Shown here piece by piece: positions 8,448-18,341 of a stretch of DNA of 64,000 nt; the stretch's first letter is position 1, and each line of letters opens with the position of its first letter. The notes under the pieces are model-generated. The model ran no database searches, was not told where the DNA came from, and saw nothing but the letters and a program-made list of their open reading frames with translations. The DNA is from a virus. The position numbers and the translations under genes are program-made. Location of the stretch: positions 32,001 through 96,000 of IMG/VR virus record IMGVR_UViG_3300036852_000741; one strand, given 5' to 3'.

Positions 8448-8614
8448 GTGGGTCCGCTGTCCCCTGGTACCACGAGGTCGTTGCCACGTGCCCCGTGTGC
8501 GGCAGGCCGGTGCACCGTGACGATCCGAGGGCGCTGGAGATTCGCGAGAAGGACGACACCCGGCTGCGGCGGCTCGGGCATCTGCGCTGCGTGCGCCCGG
8601 ACTGGAAGCCATGA
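8444..8614 (+). CDS. Small zinc-finger protein
   Basis: Hand translation ...CPVCGRPV...GHLRCV; GTGA coupling. Confidence 0.6.
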   Translation: MSGSAVPWYHEVVATCPVCGRPVHRDDPRALEIREKDDTRLRRLGHLRCVRPDWKP

Positions 8615-8808
8615 GACATGGACGAGACGGACGCCCAAGCGCAGCGACGCAGGCGCGCCGCGCACCGCAGTCGCCACTATGACTATCGCTCTGGCCGCTA
8701 CCTCTATCTCGTGGGGTGTGAGGCGAAGCTAGCCAGGAACCGTGGGCCTGGGGTGCGATGGTGGTACGTCTCGGGCCCAGGCGCGGCGTCGCCCACCAGT
8801 TCGGCGTG

Positions 8809-8850
8809 ATGTAGTGGCCAGGCCGGGCGGGGGGTAACCTCAGACCCATG
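8809..8850 (+). promoter_or_regulatory. Class-II (putative late) leaderless promoter
   Basis: ATGTAG-N20-TAACCT-N7-ATG. Confidence 0.55.
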
Positions 8851-9123
8851 GCGGCATACGCCACGGTCAACGAGAGGCTGCCCCGGCCGGCCAGGCTCAT
8901 CGACCAGGCGGATGTCATCTGCCCGGCTGGGTGTGTCGCCAGGGCGGGGGGTGGCGTGCTGTGCCGGATCGAGGGGGACGTGATCGACGCGCGGCTCAAC
9001 CCCCTGTCGGTCGGGGACTTCTGCCTGGGCGACTACCAGTCTTGTCCGACCTGGAGGGCACACAAGAACGCCATCAGTGCCGGCAGCGAGCGGGCCTTCC
9101 GGGAGGCGCTGGGCACGAGGTGA
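8848..9123 (+). CDS. Cys-rich hypothetical protein
   Basis: CPAGC...FCLGDYQSCPTW. Confidence 0.75.
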   Translation: MAAYATVNERLPRPARLIDQADVICPAGCVARAGGGVLCRIEGDVIDARLNPLSVGDFCLGDYQSCPTWRAHKNAISAGSERAFREALGTR

Positions 9124-9127
9124 CCGC

Positions 9128-9328
9128 ATGTCCACCTACATCCGTCAGGGCGACTACCTCACGAACGGTCGGCGGCTGGTCCAGGTGCAGATGCTGCTGC
9201 CCGACGGCGAGGCGCTGGTCGAAGACGCTCAGACCTATCGCGAGGAGCACATGAGCGCCCGCGAGCTAAGCACGTGGATGCCCCCTCGCGACTGGGCGCT
9301 GGCCCACCGACACCGAAAGGCGGCCTGA
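9128..9328 (+). CDS. Hypothetical protein
   Basis: MSTYIRQGDY start; fills gap to portal. Confidence 0.65.
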   Translation: MSTYIRQGDYLTNGRRLVQVQMLLPDGEALVEDAQTYREEHMSARELSTWMPPRDWALAHRHRKAA

Positions 9329-9331
9329 GCC

Positions 9332-11323
9332 GTGGCACAACGCAAGGGGGGCTGGGTGACGCGGCTGCAAGAGGCCGTCGAGGAGAGGACGGGCTACACC
9401 GTCGCGGAGAAGGGGCGGCTCGACCTGCTGGAGGCGGCGGCGACGGAGGGCCGGGCGCTGCGCCGGGAACTGGACCTCATCGGCTGGAGCGTCCTCGACT
9501 ACCTCAGCGGGCAGCCCCAGGAATTGCGCTTCGAGGAGCGCAAGAAGATGGCCCAGCAGGCGCGCATGGTCTGGGCCCAGGACCCGCAGGCCGGCGCGGC
9601 GGTGGACCTCTCCAACGACTTCGTGTTCGGCCGCGGCGTGCCCAGGCCCAAGTGTCGCGACGAGGCGGTGCAGGAGGTCGTGGACGAGGCGTGGGCCGAT
9701 CCCGACAACCAGGCTGTGCTGACCTCTTACGAGGCCCAGATCGCGCTCAACACCGACCTGGAGCTTCAGAGCAACCTCTTTTTGCTGATGTTCGACGGCG
9801 GCGAGGATGGCAAGGTCAAGCTCGGGCTGCTGGATCACGACACGGTGGAGAACGCGGTGCGCGATCCGCAAAACCGCCTGCGGGTCCTCTACTACGTCGC
9901 CAAGACGCGCCACTTCGAGTGGGACTTCACCCACGATCGCCCCGCTCTGCCGGGTGCCGGCGGCAAGCCGCTGGTGTCCAAGACGATGTACTACGACCAC
10001 TGGCGCAACGTGGCCGACGCCGAGGAGGAGGAACGAGAGGAGCCGCTTCCCAAGCCGCCCAAGGAGAAGCACGCTGACGGCAAGGTGCGCCACGTGGCCG
10101 TCAACCGCACCGCGGAGATGGCCTTCGGGGTGCCGCGGATGCGGCGCACGATCCGCTGGTTCACGGCATACAACGACCTGCTCAAGGCGCGCGTGGACAT
10201 GGCGCAGGCCGCCGCCGCGTTCATCATGAAGCGCAAGGTCCAGGGGACGCCGACGCAGCTTGCCAAGCTGGCCGCCAAGGCGGTGTCGCGGAGGAGTGAC
10301 CTGGCGGAGAGCGGCACGCTGACGGGCCCCCGGCCGGCGTCGGTGCTCAGCGAGTCAGAGACCGTCGAGCACGAGCCGCTGAGCCTGGACTCGGGCGCCG
10401 CCAACGCCGCCCAGGACGCGCAGATGATCCGCGCGCAGGTGAGTGCCGCCACCCACTTCCCGCAGCATTACTTCGGCGGTGAGCCCGGCAGTTTGGCCGG
10501 GGCCACCGCCGCCGAGCTTCCGGTCATCAAGCACATCGAGGGGCGCCAGGAGGTGTGGGAGGGCGTCTTCCGCTGGTTCATCGACCGGGTGATCGAGAAG
10601 GCGGTGGACGACGGGCGCCTGGATCGCTACATCGAGGGCGAGGCGGCCGGGGGGCAGGGAGCCGAGGCGATCGGCAGCCCGAACGGCGGAGCGCCGGAGT
10701 GGGCGCCGGACCTGGGCGCACCGGCAGGCTCGCCGTATCTGGGCGAGGCCCACGAGGACCAGGCCGACGACGAGCGCTCGACCGAGCGCGACCTGTCCTA
10801 CGAGTTCTCGATGCCCAACGCGCTCAAGCGGATGATGGCCGACCTGGTGGGCGCGGTGACCAACATCGCGCGCACCTTCGACCCCAACAACACCAACGTC
10901 GAACTGAGCCGCATCCTGCTGGCGATCGTGCTGGGGGAGGGCCTGGAGGTCGAGGACCCGCAGGGCCTGGTGGAGCGCATCTTCCCCGAGGACTACGTGG
11001 ACCCGGCGGTCGCAGCGGCGCAGGCGGCAGCCCAAGGCGGCGGCCCTCCGGGCGAAGGAGAGCCGCCGACGGCCACGGGCGCCGACGGCGAGCAGCACGG
11101 GGCAGGCAACCCATACGGGGCACCCATGAACTCGCCGTACCCCGAGGAGATGGCGCAGGGGCTCAGCGAGGCGCGCTTCGGCGACCTCTCCGACGTGCTC
11201 CAGGTACGTCAGCGCGGCCGGGTCACCGAGGTCGAAAGGATGTTCAACGAGGAGGTGCGATCCGTCGTAGACGAGGCATTGGCGGGCCTGCTCGCCGGTG
11301 CGTCAACCAACGGCAAGCACTAG
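9332..11323 (+). CDS. Phage portal protein
   Basis: 663 aa; DPQAGAAVDLSNDFVFGRG, HVAVNR...FGVP, PQHYFGG...ATAAELP portal-like motifs; lies upstream of MuF. Confidence 0.85.
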   Translation: MAQRKGGWVTRLQEAVEERTGYTVAEKGRLDLLEAAATEGRALRRELDLIGWSVLDYLSGQPQELRFEERKKMAQQARMVWAQDPQAGAAVDLSNDFVFGRGVPRPKCRDEAVQEVVDEAWADPDNQAVLTSYEAQIALNTDLELQSNLFLLMFDGGEDGKVKLGLLDHDTVENAVRDPQNRLRVLYYVAKTRHFEWDFTHDRPALPGAGGKPLVSKTMYYDHWRNVADAEEEEREEPLPKPPKEKHADGKVRHVAVNRTAEMAFGVPRMRRTIRWFTAYNDLLKARVDMAQAAAAFIMKRKVQGTPTQLAKLAAKAVSRRSDLAESGTLTGPRPASVLSESETVEHEPLSLDSGAANAAQDAQMIRAQVSAATHFPQHYFGGEPGSLAGATAAELPVIKHIEGRQEVWEGVFRWFIDRVIEKAVDDGRLDRYIEGEAAGGQGAEAIGSPNGGAPEWAPDLGAPAGSPYLGEAHEDQADDERSTERDLSYEFSMPNALKRMMADLVGAVTNIARTFDPNNTNVELSRILLAIVLGEGLEVEDPQGLVERIFPEDYVDPAVAAAQAAAQGGGPPGEGEPPTATGADGEQHGAGNPYGAPMNSPYPEEMAQGLSEARFGDLSDVLQVRQRGRVTEVERMFNEEVRSVVDEALAGLLAGASTNGKH

Positions 11324-11329
11324 GAGGGC

Positions 11330-11521
11330 ATGGGAATGCTTGCGCTCTCTCGCGCCGATACCGTCTCGGTCGAGGCGCTGCTCGTGGGCCTGCTCGTCAC
11401 GGTTCTCGTGGCGGCGGTCGTGTACTTCGGAGGACGGGAGGTGGCCCCGCGGTGGGCGGGAGGCGGCGCCTTCATCGTCCTGCTCGTCGGCTGCCTGCTG
11501 ACGCTGCTCGCTGCGCTGTAG
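11330..11521 (+). CDS. Two-TM small membrane protein
   Basis: Two hydrophobic segments, AGGAGG RBS. Confidence 0.7.
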   Translation: MGMLALSRADTVSVEALLVGLLVTVLVAAVVYFGGREVAPRWAGGGAFIVLLVGCLLTLLAAL

Positions 11522-11911
11522 AGGGGAACGGGGTGTTTGAGCATGGTCTTTTTCAGCACGGAGACGCCGGGGATCGTGGGCTTCGCGGTGCACGTAGGGC
11601 CACTGGCGGTGTGCCTTGCCCTGGGCCATATCCCCACCATGGAAGCGGTTGGCGCGGCCGTAGACTCCGGGGCAGATGGCGTTCCCTCGCGAACTCGGGG
11701 TAGCTCTAGCCGCGTTGCCTAGACCACCAGGGGTGGGGACCGACGCGGTGGCGTCCTGGTATTCGGTCCCCACCCGGCCCTTTCTCGCATGTTTGGTGCG
11801 CGGGCATGACTGGACTCAGCAGGCGCAGATAGACGCACCGTCGGGCCGGCGTTTCACGGTGTACCTGTGCGCCCAGTGCGGGGTGCGCATCCAGTACGAC
11901 GAGTCGTTCTG

Positions 11912-14900
11912 ATGGCGGCGCGGCGCCCGCAGCCCGCACCACCGCCGAGCTTTGACCAGGCAGCCCAGGGGCAGGACGCCGGCTCGCTCAGTGCGCCGGT
12001 AGCCGGCCTCGCCGTCGGGGGTGTGGGCGCTGGTGCCGGAGTGGGCGCCGGCTACGTGGCGGGGGCCGTCACCGCCGCCGCGGGCGCTGCCGCGATCGCC
12101 AAGGCCACCAAGGCGATCCTCGCCGCGCTCGTGCGGTTCTTCAGGCGCAAGAACGCCGACGACCTGGTGTGGCTCGTGGGCGCCCTGCGCCAGGCCCGAG
12201 CGGCGGAGGGCGTCACCGACGACGAGCTACGCGCGATCGCCCGCGACGAAATCAAGCTGGAGCAGCAGTTTCAGAAGAAGGCGATGGCCCGCTGGGCCGC
12301 GGCGCTGCCCAGGCTCCTGGCGATCGCCGACCCGCAGGAGCGTAACTCCGCGATCGCCAAGTTCCAGGCCCTCGAACGCCACTATCTCAACCTGCGCCAG
12401 CAGGCGATGGTCACCCGCGCCGACTCCCGCATCGAGCAGCGCCTGCTCAAGGAGCTATCCCCCCGCGGCGCCTACTGGAAGCTGTCGCCCTTCGTGATGA
12501 AGTCCACCCCCGACTGCATCGCCCTCGCCGGCAAGGTGTGGCCGTGGAGCGTGATAGATGCCGTGGGCCCACCGCCCCGGCATTTTGGTTGCGCGTGCAC
12601 CCTCTACGGAGTGGACGAGGCCAAGGCCGCCGGCTGGATCACCGACGCCCAGGTCCCCACCGACGAGCACGCCGCGCTGCGCCAGGCCCGCGACCTCCTG
12701 CGCCGAGCCGAGAAGCTGGAGGAGGCCGTCGGCGAGCACTTCGACCACTGGGCGGCTTATCACGACGGTAAGACCGAGGACCCCCCCACCCGGGTTGCTG
12801 CCCTCGCGCTCGACCACTTTTTGGAGGAGGGCCACAAACCAAAAGCTACGCAGGCGGAGGAAGCGGCCTACGAGGAGCACCTCCACCCCCGAAACCGACT
12901 CGGGCGCTGGGCCGAGGTCCTCAAGTACAACCCCCACCTCCCCGGCGAGGCGCGCAACAGCCGCTACCGCGACGCCGAAGGCAAGCTCACCGGGCACATC
13001 GAGTACGGGCCGAAGTTCCTGGACCTCCCCGCCCGCCAGCAGGAGCACGTGCTCGCCCACGAGATAGGCCACGACCTGGACGACGACCTGCTGCGCGACC
13101 CGCACTCCTGGGTGTGGGACGAGTGGAACTGGGCCGACCGCGCCTTCGAGCACCTCATGGGCGGGCCGAACACCACCCCGGGCGAGCGCATCGCAGACGC
13201 CTACGCCGCCGCGTTCGTGGGCAGCGTCGAGGACGCCGTGCGCTGGCCGGCGGTGCTGCGCATCGCCCAAGAGGCCAAGGCGCGCGGGCTCCCGATCCAC
13301 GAGCGCATCGAGGCACTGCTGCCCGAGGAGCCCAACGACGAGCCCGGCGAGGTGCTGGCCGACCTGGACTGGCGCGCCGGCTACGAGGGGCGCAGGCGCT
13401 GGGAGGCGCTACCCGACGACGCCTGGGTGTGGCTGTTTCACGCCACCCGCCGTGAGGACGCCGAGGCGTTCGCGCAGCGCGGCATCGACCCGCTGGCCAA
13501 GCCGCGTTCGCTGGCGCGCGAGCGCTACGAGGCCGGCGAGCACGCCACCTTCCAGCCGGGTGCCGGCGTCGGCGGCGGCCTGTACGTCTCCCCCACCGCG
13601 CATGGCGCCAGCGGCTACGGCCGCGAGCTACTGGCGGTCAAGGTCCGCAAGCGCGACGTGATCGTGCCGCCCGAGCAGCACGGGGCGACGGTGGCGATGG
13701 CGCTGGGCGTCAGCGACGCGATGGTGGCCAGGGCGATCCCACCCGAGCACGTGCGACGCATCGAGACCGGTGGACGGGAGCTAGCGCCGGAGGCGGCAGC
13801 GGCGCTCCTGCGCGAGCCGAAGGCCGAGCCCGCCCGGCGACTGTACGGGGCGACCCCCGAGCGCCTGGCCGACTTCGCCGCGGCGCTGCACAGGCTGGAC
13901 CGGATCACCCGGGCGGACGTGGAGGCGGGGCGAGTGCCGGGCGTGGCGATGGGCGGGCTGGCCGCGGGCGTCGCGGGACGTGCGGACCTGGCGGAGGGGA
14001 CGATCACGCTCACCCCGAGCAGCTTCAACGCGGACGGCACGATCGACTCCGTGCACTTCGCCCACGAGGTCGGGCACTTCCTCGTGCACGCGGTCCTGCG
14101 TGACGGCAAGGTGCCACCCGAGCTTGAGGCGATGGCGGCGGGGCATGGTCGGGCCGAGGGGCGCTACGGCAAGATCGCCGGGGAGGGCGCCAGGCTGTTT
14201 GGGCCGGACGCCAAGCTGCCGGAGGAGTTCATCGCGGACTCCTACGCCGACCTGATCCACGGCCGAGCGGAGTTCTCCTACGTGCCGGGCCTGGACGGAC
14301 CCGATGATCCCGAGTCCCGCGAGGCGGCGCTGCGCGAGTTCGACGCCAGGCCGCAGACGCGGTGGCTGCGCTGGCTGGCGGGCGTGGCCGGGGAGCACGG
14401 CCTGCCCGACCGGGGCCTGTGGCGGTTCGTGCGCGACGAGGACGGCATCTACCGACTCGTGGCGCGTGAACTCCAGGAGGCCGAGTACGACGACACGCTG
14501 CACCCAAGGGGCCGCCTTGAGACGGTCGGGCATGAACTGCCACGGCTGGAGTGGGTGGACCCGCCGCCGCTCAAGCCCAGAACCGGCGAGCGCAAGGCGG
14601 GCGGTTTCACCGCGACCGGCCAGACGACTACCAAGCTCGGCGACCTGATCGAGGGCCTGCTTGTGGGCCAGCTTGGACTGCGGTCGCTGCTGCCGGAGGG
14701 CGGGCGCCAAAGCCCGCTGGACGCGGGGATTGGCGAGTGGGGCTTCGAGGTCAAGGTGGTCACGACGGCGGCGTCCGAACTGAAGATCAAGCCCAAGAAG
14801 CACGAGGTGGCGAGCAAGGTCGCCTACGCGCAGGAGAACGGGCTGACGGCGGCGTCGATGATCGTGGTGGTGGACGTGGACGCCAAGAGGGCGTGGGCCT

Positions 14901-14989
14901 ATTGGCGTGAGGGGATCGGCGCCTACCGACTCACGAGGGAGCCCCCGTGGCATTTCATGGGGTCGCTGGAGCTACCGGCGGCGGCGTGA
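11912..14989 (+). CDS. MuF-like minor head protein fused to zincin peptidase, ART-like, second zincin and PD-(D/E)xK nuclease domains
   Basis: MuF motif PDCIALAGKVW...PPRHFGCAC; HEIGH and HEVGH; LFHAT...GLYVS...GYG...IPPEHV; PLDAG...GFEVK. Confidence 0.8.
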   Translation: MAARRPQPAPPPSFDQAAQGQDAGSLSAPVAGLAVGGVGAGAGVGAGYVAGAVTAAAGAAAIAKATKAILAALVRFFRRKNADDLVWLVGALRQARAAEGVTDDELRAIARDEIKLEQQFQKKAMARWAAALPRLLAIADPQERNSAIAKFQALERHYLNLRQQAMVTRADSRIEQRLLKELSPRGAYWKLSPFVMKSTPDCIALAGKVWPWSVIDAVGPPPRHFGCACTLYGVDEAKAAGWITDAQVPTDEHAALRQARDLLRRAEKLEEAVGEHFDHWAAYHDGKTEDPPTRVAALALDHFLEEGHKPKATQAEEAAYEEHLHPRNRLGRWAEVLKYNPHLPGEARNSRYRDAEGKLTGHIEYGPKFLDLPARQQEHVLAHEIGHDLDDDLLRDPHSWVWDEWNWADRAFEHLMGGPNTTPGERIADAYAAAFVGSVEDAVRWPAVLRIAQEAKARGLPIHERIEALLPEEPNDEPGEVLADLDWRAGYEGRRRWEALPDDAWVWLFHATRREDAEAFAQRGIDPLAKPRSLARERYEAGEHATFQPGAGVGGGLYVSPTAHGASGYGRELLAVKVRKRDVIVPPEQHGATVAMALGVSDAMVARAIPPEHVRRIETGGRELAPEAAAALLREPKAEPARRLYGATPERLADFAAALHRLDRITRADVEAGRVPGVAMGGLAAGVAGRADLAEGTITLTPSSFNADGTIDSVHFAHEVGHFLVHAVLRDGKVPPELEAMAAGHGRAEGRYGKIAGEGARLFGPDAKLPEEFIADSYADLIHGRAEFSYVPGLDGPDDPESREAALREFDARPQTRWLRWLAGVAGEHGLPDRGLWRFVRDEDGIYRLVARELQEAEYDDTLHPRGRLETVGHELPRLEWVDPPPLKPRTGERKAGGFTATGQTTTKLGDLIEGLLVGQLGLRSLLPEGGRQSPLDAGIGEWGFEVKVVTTAASELKIKPKKHEVASKVAYAQENGLTAASMIVVVDVDAKRAWAYWREGIGAYRLTREPPWHFMGSLELPAAA

Positions 14990-15026
14990 CGTAGGTAGCC
15001 TGCGCGGCCCCGACGGAGGAGTGCGC

Positions 15027-15203
15027 GTGCCGAGCCCCCGCCGCAAGTCCGACGACCCGCCGCCGGCACCCCGGGTGGTTCGGGGCCCTGGCGACGGGTG
15101 GCGCTACACCGACAGGGAGACCGGCGAGACGATCGGCTACGTCGAGGCGTTCACGCGGATGAGCGCTCGCAAGTTCCGCTTCAAGAAGAAGGCCAAGGAG
15201 TAG
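15027..15203 (+). CDS. Small basic protein downstream of MuF
   Basis: CCCGACGGAGGA RBS variant, GTG start. Confidence 0.55.
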   Translation: MPSPRRKSDDPPPAPRVVRGPGDGWRYTDRETGETIGYVEAFTRMSARKFRFKKKAKE

Positions 15204-15372
15204 GCTGCCGGCTGGCGGTGCTGGCGAGACTCCACGGCCGAGTCCTGCGGGGCGTTGAGGCCAAGAACGAAGCTGCGCGATGAGCGACCGGGTGCGCGCG
15301 TAGCCCCTCGTCTGGGGGCACCCGGGCTAGCGCCGCCCCCTCGAACGCCTCAAGCCAGTACCTTGCCGCGCC

Positions 15373-15525
15373 ATGACCAACACCAATCTGCGAGTAATCG
15401 TGGCGGGCCTGGTCGTGACGGCCGCGACCGTCGGGCTCTACGCGATCGAGGCGCCGTTGTGGCTTCTGGCGCTGGTGAGCGTGGTGGGCTCCCTGTCGAT
15501 GATCGCCTGGGCGTTTGACGAGTGA
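15373..15525 (+). CDS. 50-aa two-TM membrane peptide
   Basis: Hand translation MTNTNLRVIVAGLVVTAATVGLYAIEAPLWLLALVSVVGSLSMIAWAFDE. Confidence 0.65.
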   Translation: MTNTNLRVIVAGLVVTAATVGLYAIEAPLWLLALVSVVGSLSMIAWAFDE

Positions 15526-15809
15526 GCGCTGGGGCGTCCGGGCCGGCTGAGAGACTGGCGGGCCCGACCTTCCAGGAGGCCCACATGCGCGAGGCGATCA
15601 TGAGTGAGCTAGCGGCACGCAACGGCGGGCCGGGACTCACGGCCCGTGAGCTTGCCAGCTTCCTGCACGCGCCCGAGGCGATCGTGCGCAACATGCTCGC
15701 GGCGCTCGTGTTCCGCGAGAAGTGCGTGACGTGCGATGCGCGTGGCCGCTTCTCTATCGGTGAGCCCTCGGCGCTGCTGGCCGCCGGGCCGATGCCGCTG
15801 GGGGCGTGA
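15522..15809 (+). CDS. Small winged-HTH protein
   Basis: GLTARELASFLHAPEAIVRNMLAALV...GRFSIG. Confidence 0.7.
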   Translation: MSAGASGPAERLAGPTFQEAHMREAIMSELAARNGGPGLTARELASFLHAPEAIVRNMLAALVFREKCVTCDARGRFSIGEPSALLAAGPMPLGA

Positions 15810-16045
15810 TGGCCGAGGCCGAGGAGAACGGCTGGATTCGGTGTGAGCGCAGCCACGAGGTCAAGGTGGGCGTGCTCTCCGGTCGGCTTGTGGTCCTGTA
15901 CGTCAACGTGGACGGCCGCGCGGCGAGCCTCTCGCTGCTGGACCCGGAGGTCGCGCGCGAGCTTGGTGACGCGCTGGAGGCGGCGGCGGTGAAGGTCGGG
16001 GCGCCGATCCGCGCGGCGCATGAGAACCCGAGGGCGGGGCGGTGA
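15809..16045 (+). CDS. Hypothetical protein
   Basis: LDPEVARELGDALEAAA motif common in actinophage small proteins. Confidence 0.65.
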   Translation: MAEAEENGWIRCERSHEVKVGVLSGRLVVLYVNVDGRAASLSLLDPEVARELGDALEAAAVKVGAPIRAAHENPRAGR

Positions 16046-16287
16046 GCATCGAGCGCATGTTCTACTGCGAGGGGCCGGGCTGTGGCGACCAGCACGACGA
16101 CGGCCTGCCGGTGCACGCCATCACCGCGAGCCCGTACCCCCATCTTCCGATGGGCTTCATCGAGACCCGCCAGCGCCAGGACGGCGAGGACTTCGAGCAC
16201 CACTTCTGCTCGTGGGACTGCTTGATGAAGTACGCCGCCCAGCACCCACCGCCGGAGATGATCGAGGTGGAGGACCCCGGCTCGTGA
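16042..16287 (+). CDS. Zinc-finger protein (CEGPGC...HFCSWDC)
   Basis: TRASH/MYM-like ligand pattern. Confidence 0.75.
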   Translation: MSIERMFYCEGPGCGDQHDDGLPVHAITASPYPHLPMGFIETRQRQDGEDFEHHFCSWDCLMKYAAQHPPPEMIEVEDPGS

Positions 16288-16749
16288 ACGCCGAGGATGA
16301 GCGGCGGCTGGCGCACGCGTTCTGGCGCGGCTACTACTTCGGCGCGGCCGTCGGGGTCGCCGGGTTCGTCGGCGGGATGCTGTTGGCGAGGCTGGCCTGA
16401 TGCGAGGGAAGCAAGCCCCGACGCGCGGGGAGTGGGGGCGGATGCCGGCGGCCTTCGGCGCGATGATTGTCGTGGGCTTGTACCTGCGCTGGGCCGACCC
16501 GCCCGTTGGCCTCGGCTTCGTTGTCCTGCTGGTGTGCAACCTCATCGTGGGGCGGTGGGTCGAGCATGGCTGAGGGGCAGTGATGGATCGGCTTGGGCCG
16601 CGCTGCGGGTGTTGCGGGCAGCCGCTGGACCCGCCGCTGGACTTCCTGGCCCGAGTGGTGATGCGGGGTGCGGCGACGTGGCTGTGGACGCTGCCCTGCC
16701 GAATCTGCGAGGCGTTCGCCCGGCTGCGGGCGCTGCGTGACGGGGGTCC

Positions 16750-17028
16750 GTGGTGACTGGCGCCCCGCGGGAAAAGCGACTGTCCGTGTTCCGGCGGGTC
16801 TACCTGTTCGCCCGCGACTACTTCAGCGAGTTCGGCATCGCCTGGTCGTTGGCGCGGATGCACGACTGCGAGCGCAACGGCGGACACCGCTGGGGCGACG
16901 TGCAGCCCGACGAAACGATGGGCCGCGGGCAGACCTGCTCGCGCTGCGGGACCTTCCGTGGCGTGACGAAGACCAGCGGGACGGCTGTCACGAACACGCC
17001 GCTGTCTGTCCAGATGCGGACGAAGTGA
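16750..17028 (+). CDS. Cassette mini-gene 1 (zinc ribbon GHRW...CSRCG)
   Basis: Ends SVQMRTK through the GCGGACG site. Confidence 0.65.
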   Translation: MVTGAPREKRLSVFRRVYLFARDYFSEFGIAWSLARMHDCERNGGHRWGDVQPDETMGRGQTCSRCGTFRGVTKTSGTAVTNTPLSVQMRTK

Positions 17029-17040
17029 CCGAGGACAGAG

Positions 17041-17238
17041 ATGACGGTGTTTGCAGCGTTCAACGATGAGCAACTTGACGAACTGACGGAGGCATTGGAT
17101 GCCGCCTACCGCGAGGGCGGTTTCGACACCGAGGGCGATCTTGCAGGCGCGTTACGCACTGAGCATGAGGCGCGTGCAAGGCCGATGGCCAAGGCTCATG
17201 GGGCGCCGCCCTGCACGCCCAAGGAGTGGGGGCGTTGA
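17041..17238 (+). CDS. Cassette mini-gene 2
   Basis: GAGGA RBS; acidic helical peptide. Confidence 0.65.
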   Translation: MTVFAAFNDEQLDELTEALDAAYREGGFDTEGDLAGALRTEHEARARPMAKAHGAPPCTPKEWGR

Positions 17239-17266
17239 TAGCTGCCACATCGCGGACGGAGAAGCC

Positions 17267-17497
17267 ATGAGGCGCCGCCTCCTGCTGCTGTGGCTGCGCA
17301 CCGGCTACCGGCCGCTCGCGCGGCTACTCCACCGCTTCGACCTGCACCACACCGTTCGCATGGGCCCGCTGGAGGACGGCGTGACCGTCCACCGCTGCGA
17401 GTGGTGCGGCGTCAGCAGGACCGAGGTTCCGATGGAGGTCACGATGCGCCGGATGGCTGCTGCTTCGCGGACGACCGGAGGGACGCCGAATGCCTGA
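17267..17497 (+). CDS. Cassette mini-gene 3 (HH...CEWCG zinc ribbon)
   Basis: GGAG RBS; ends AAASRTTGGTPNA. Confidence 0.7.
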   Translation: MRRRLLLLWLRTGYRPLARLLHRFDLHHTVRMGPLEDGVTVHRCEWCGVSRTEVPMEVTMRRMAAASRTTGGTPNA

Positions 17498-17693
17498 CTG
17501 GCAGCAGAACGAGTACGGCAACTGGGTTCCTGCCGAGCCGCTGGAAGGCACGTTCGGGCTGCGATGGGAGTTCGCGTGGCAGCATCGCCGCTCGCTGGGC
17601 CAAAACATCGTTCGTGCCGTCGTGGGCGGCTGGCGCGACACGCGCACCGTCGATCGGCTGGCTGCTACGTCGCGGACGGAGAGCCAGCGATGA
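17490..17693 (+). CDS. Cassette mini-gene 4
   Basis: GNWVPAEPL; ends AATSRTESQR. Confidence 0.7.
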   Translation: MPDWQQNEYGNWVPAEPLEGTFGLRWEFAWQHRRSLGQNIVRAVVGGWRDTRTVDRLAATSRTESQR

Positions 17694-17923
17694 CCCAGCG
17701 GGATCGGCGGCAATTGTCACAAACGGCGCTCGCGGAGACTCCACTAGATATGAGCCAACCCCGCAAGACCGCAGACGACCTGCTCCGCGAGTGGATGCAG
17801 GAGAACGACGACGCCAAGCGCGCAGTCCTCCGCAGGCAGTACTTCGACGCCAGAGCCATCGAGCTTCGTCGCCCGGCGAAACGACGGGCCGCCCCTAAGC
17901 GGACGACCGGAGAGACGCCATGA
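17690..17923 (+). CDS. Cassette mini-gene 5
   Basis: Ends AAPKRTTGETP. Confidence 0.65.
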   Translation: MTQRDRRQLSQTALAETPLDMSQPRKTADDLLREWMQENDDAKRAVLRRQYFDARAIELRRPAKRRAAPKRTTGETP

Positions 17924-18186
17924 GCGAGTGCGATTGCCCGCACATGCCCGGACGCCCCCCGGCGTACCACGCGATCGACTGCCCGCTCGCGCCTCCTGGG
18001 GACCAGAAGGTCATCTTCGAGGAACACGCCATCGAGGCGATCGGATGGCTCAGCGCCGAACTGGCGGGTCGCGCCGACGCCTGGAACGGCAACGCGCCCG
18101 ACTGGTTCCCTGAGCCGCCCGAGTTCCTCGACCTGTGGCGTCAGGCGTTGGCTTCTACTAAGCGGACGACCGAGGGGACGCCGTGA
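17920..18186 (+). CDS. Cassette mini-gene 6
   Basis: CDC...HAIDCP; ends ASTKRTTEGTP. Confidence 0.7.
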   Translation: MSECDCPHMPGRPPAYHAIDCPLAPPGDQKVIFEEHAIEAIGWLSAELAGRADAWNGNAPDWFPEPPEFLDLWRQALASTKRTTEGTP

Positions 18187-18341
18187 GCTACCCGTTGCTC
18201 TGTCAACGCTGCGGTCGCCCGGCCGGTCTGACAAGCGAGCCCAAGCAGCCCGATCCCGAACGGGTGGTCGTACGGTGCTGGGACTGCCATCGCCGTGGGC
18301 GCATCTCGCTGGCTGTCCCTAAGCGGACGGAGAAATCGTGA
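18183..18341 (+). CDS. Cassette mini-gene 7 (CQRC...CWDC)
   Basis: Hand translation; ends AVPKRTEKS. Confidence 0.65.
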   Translation: MSYPLLCQRCGRPAGLTSEPKQPDPERVVVRCWDCHRRGRISLAVPKRTEKS

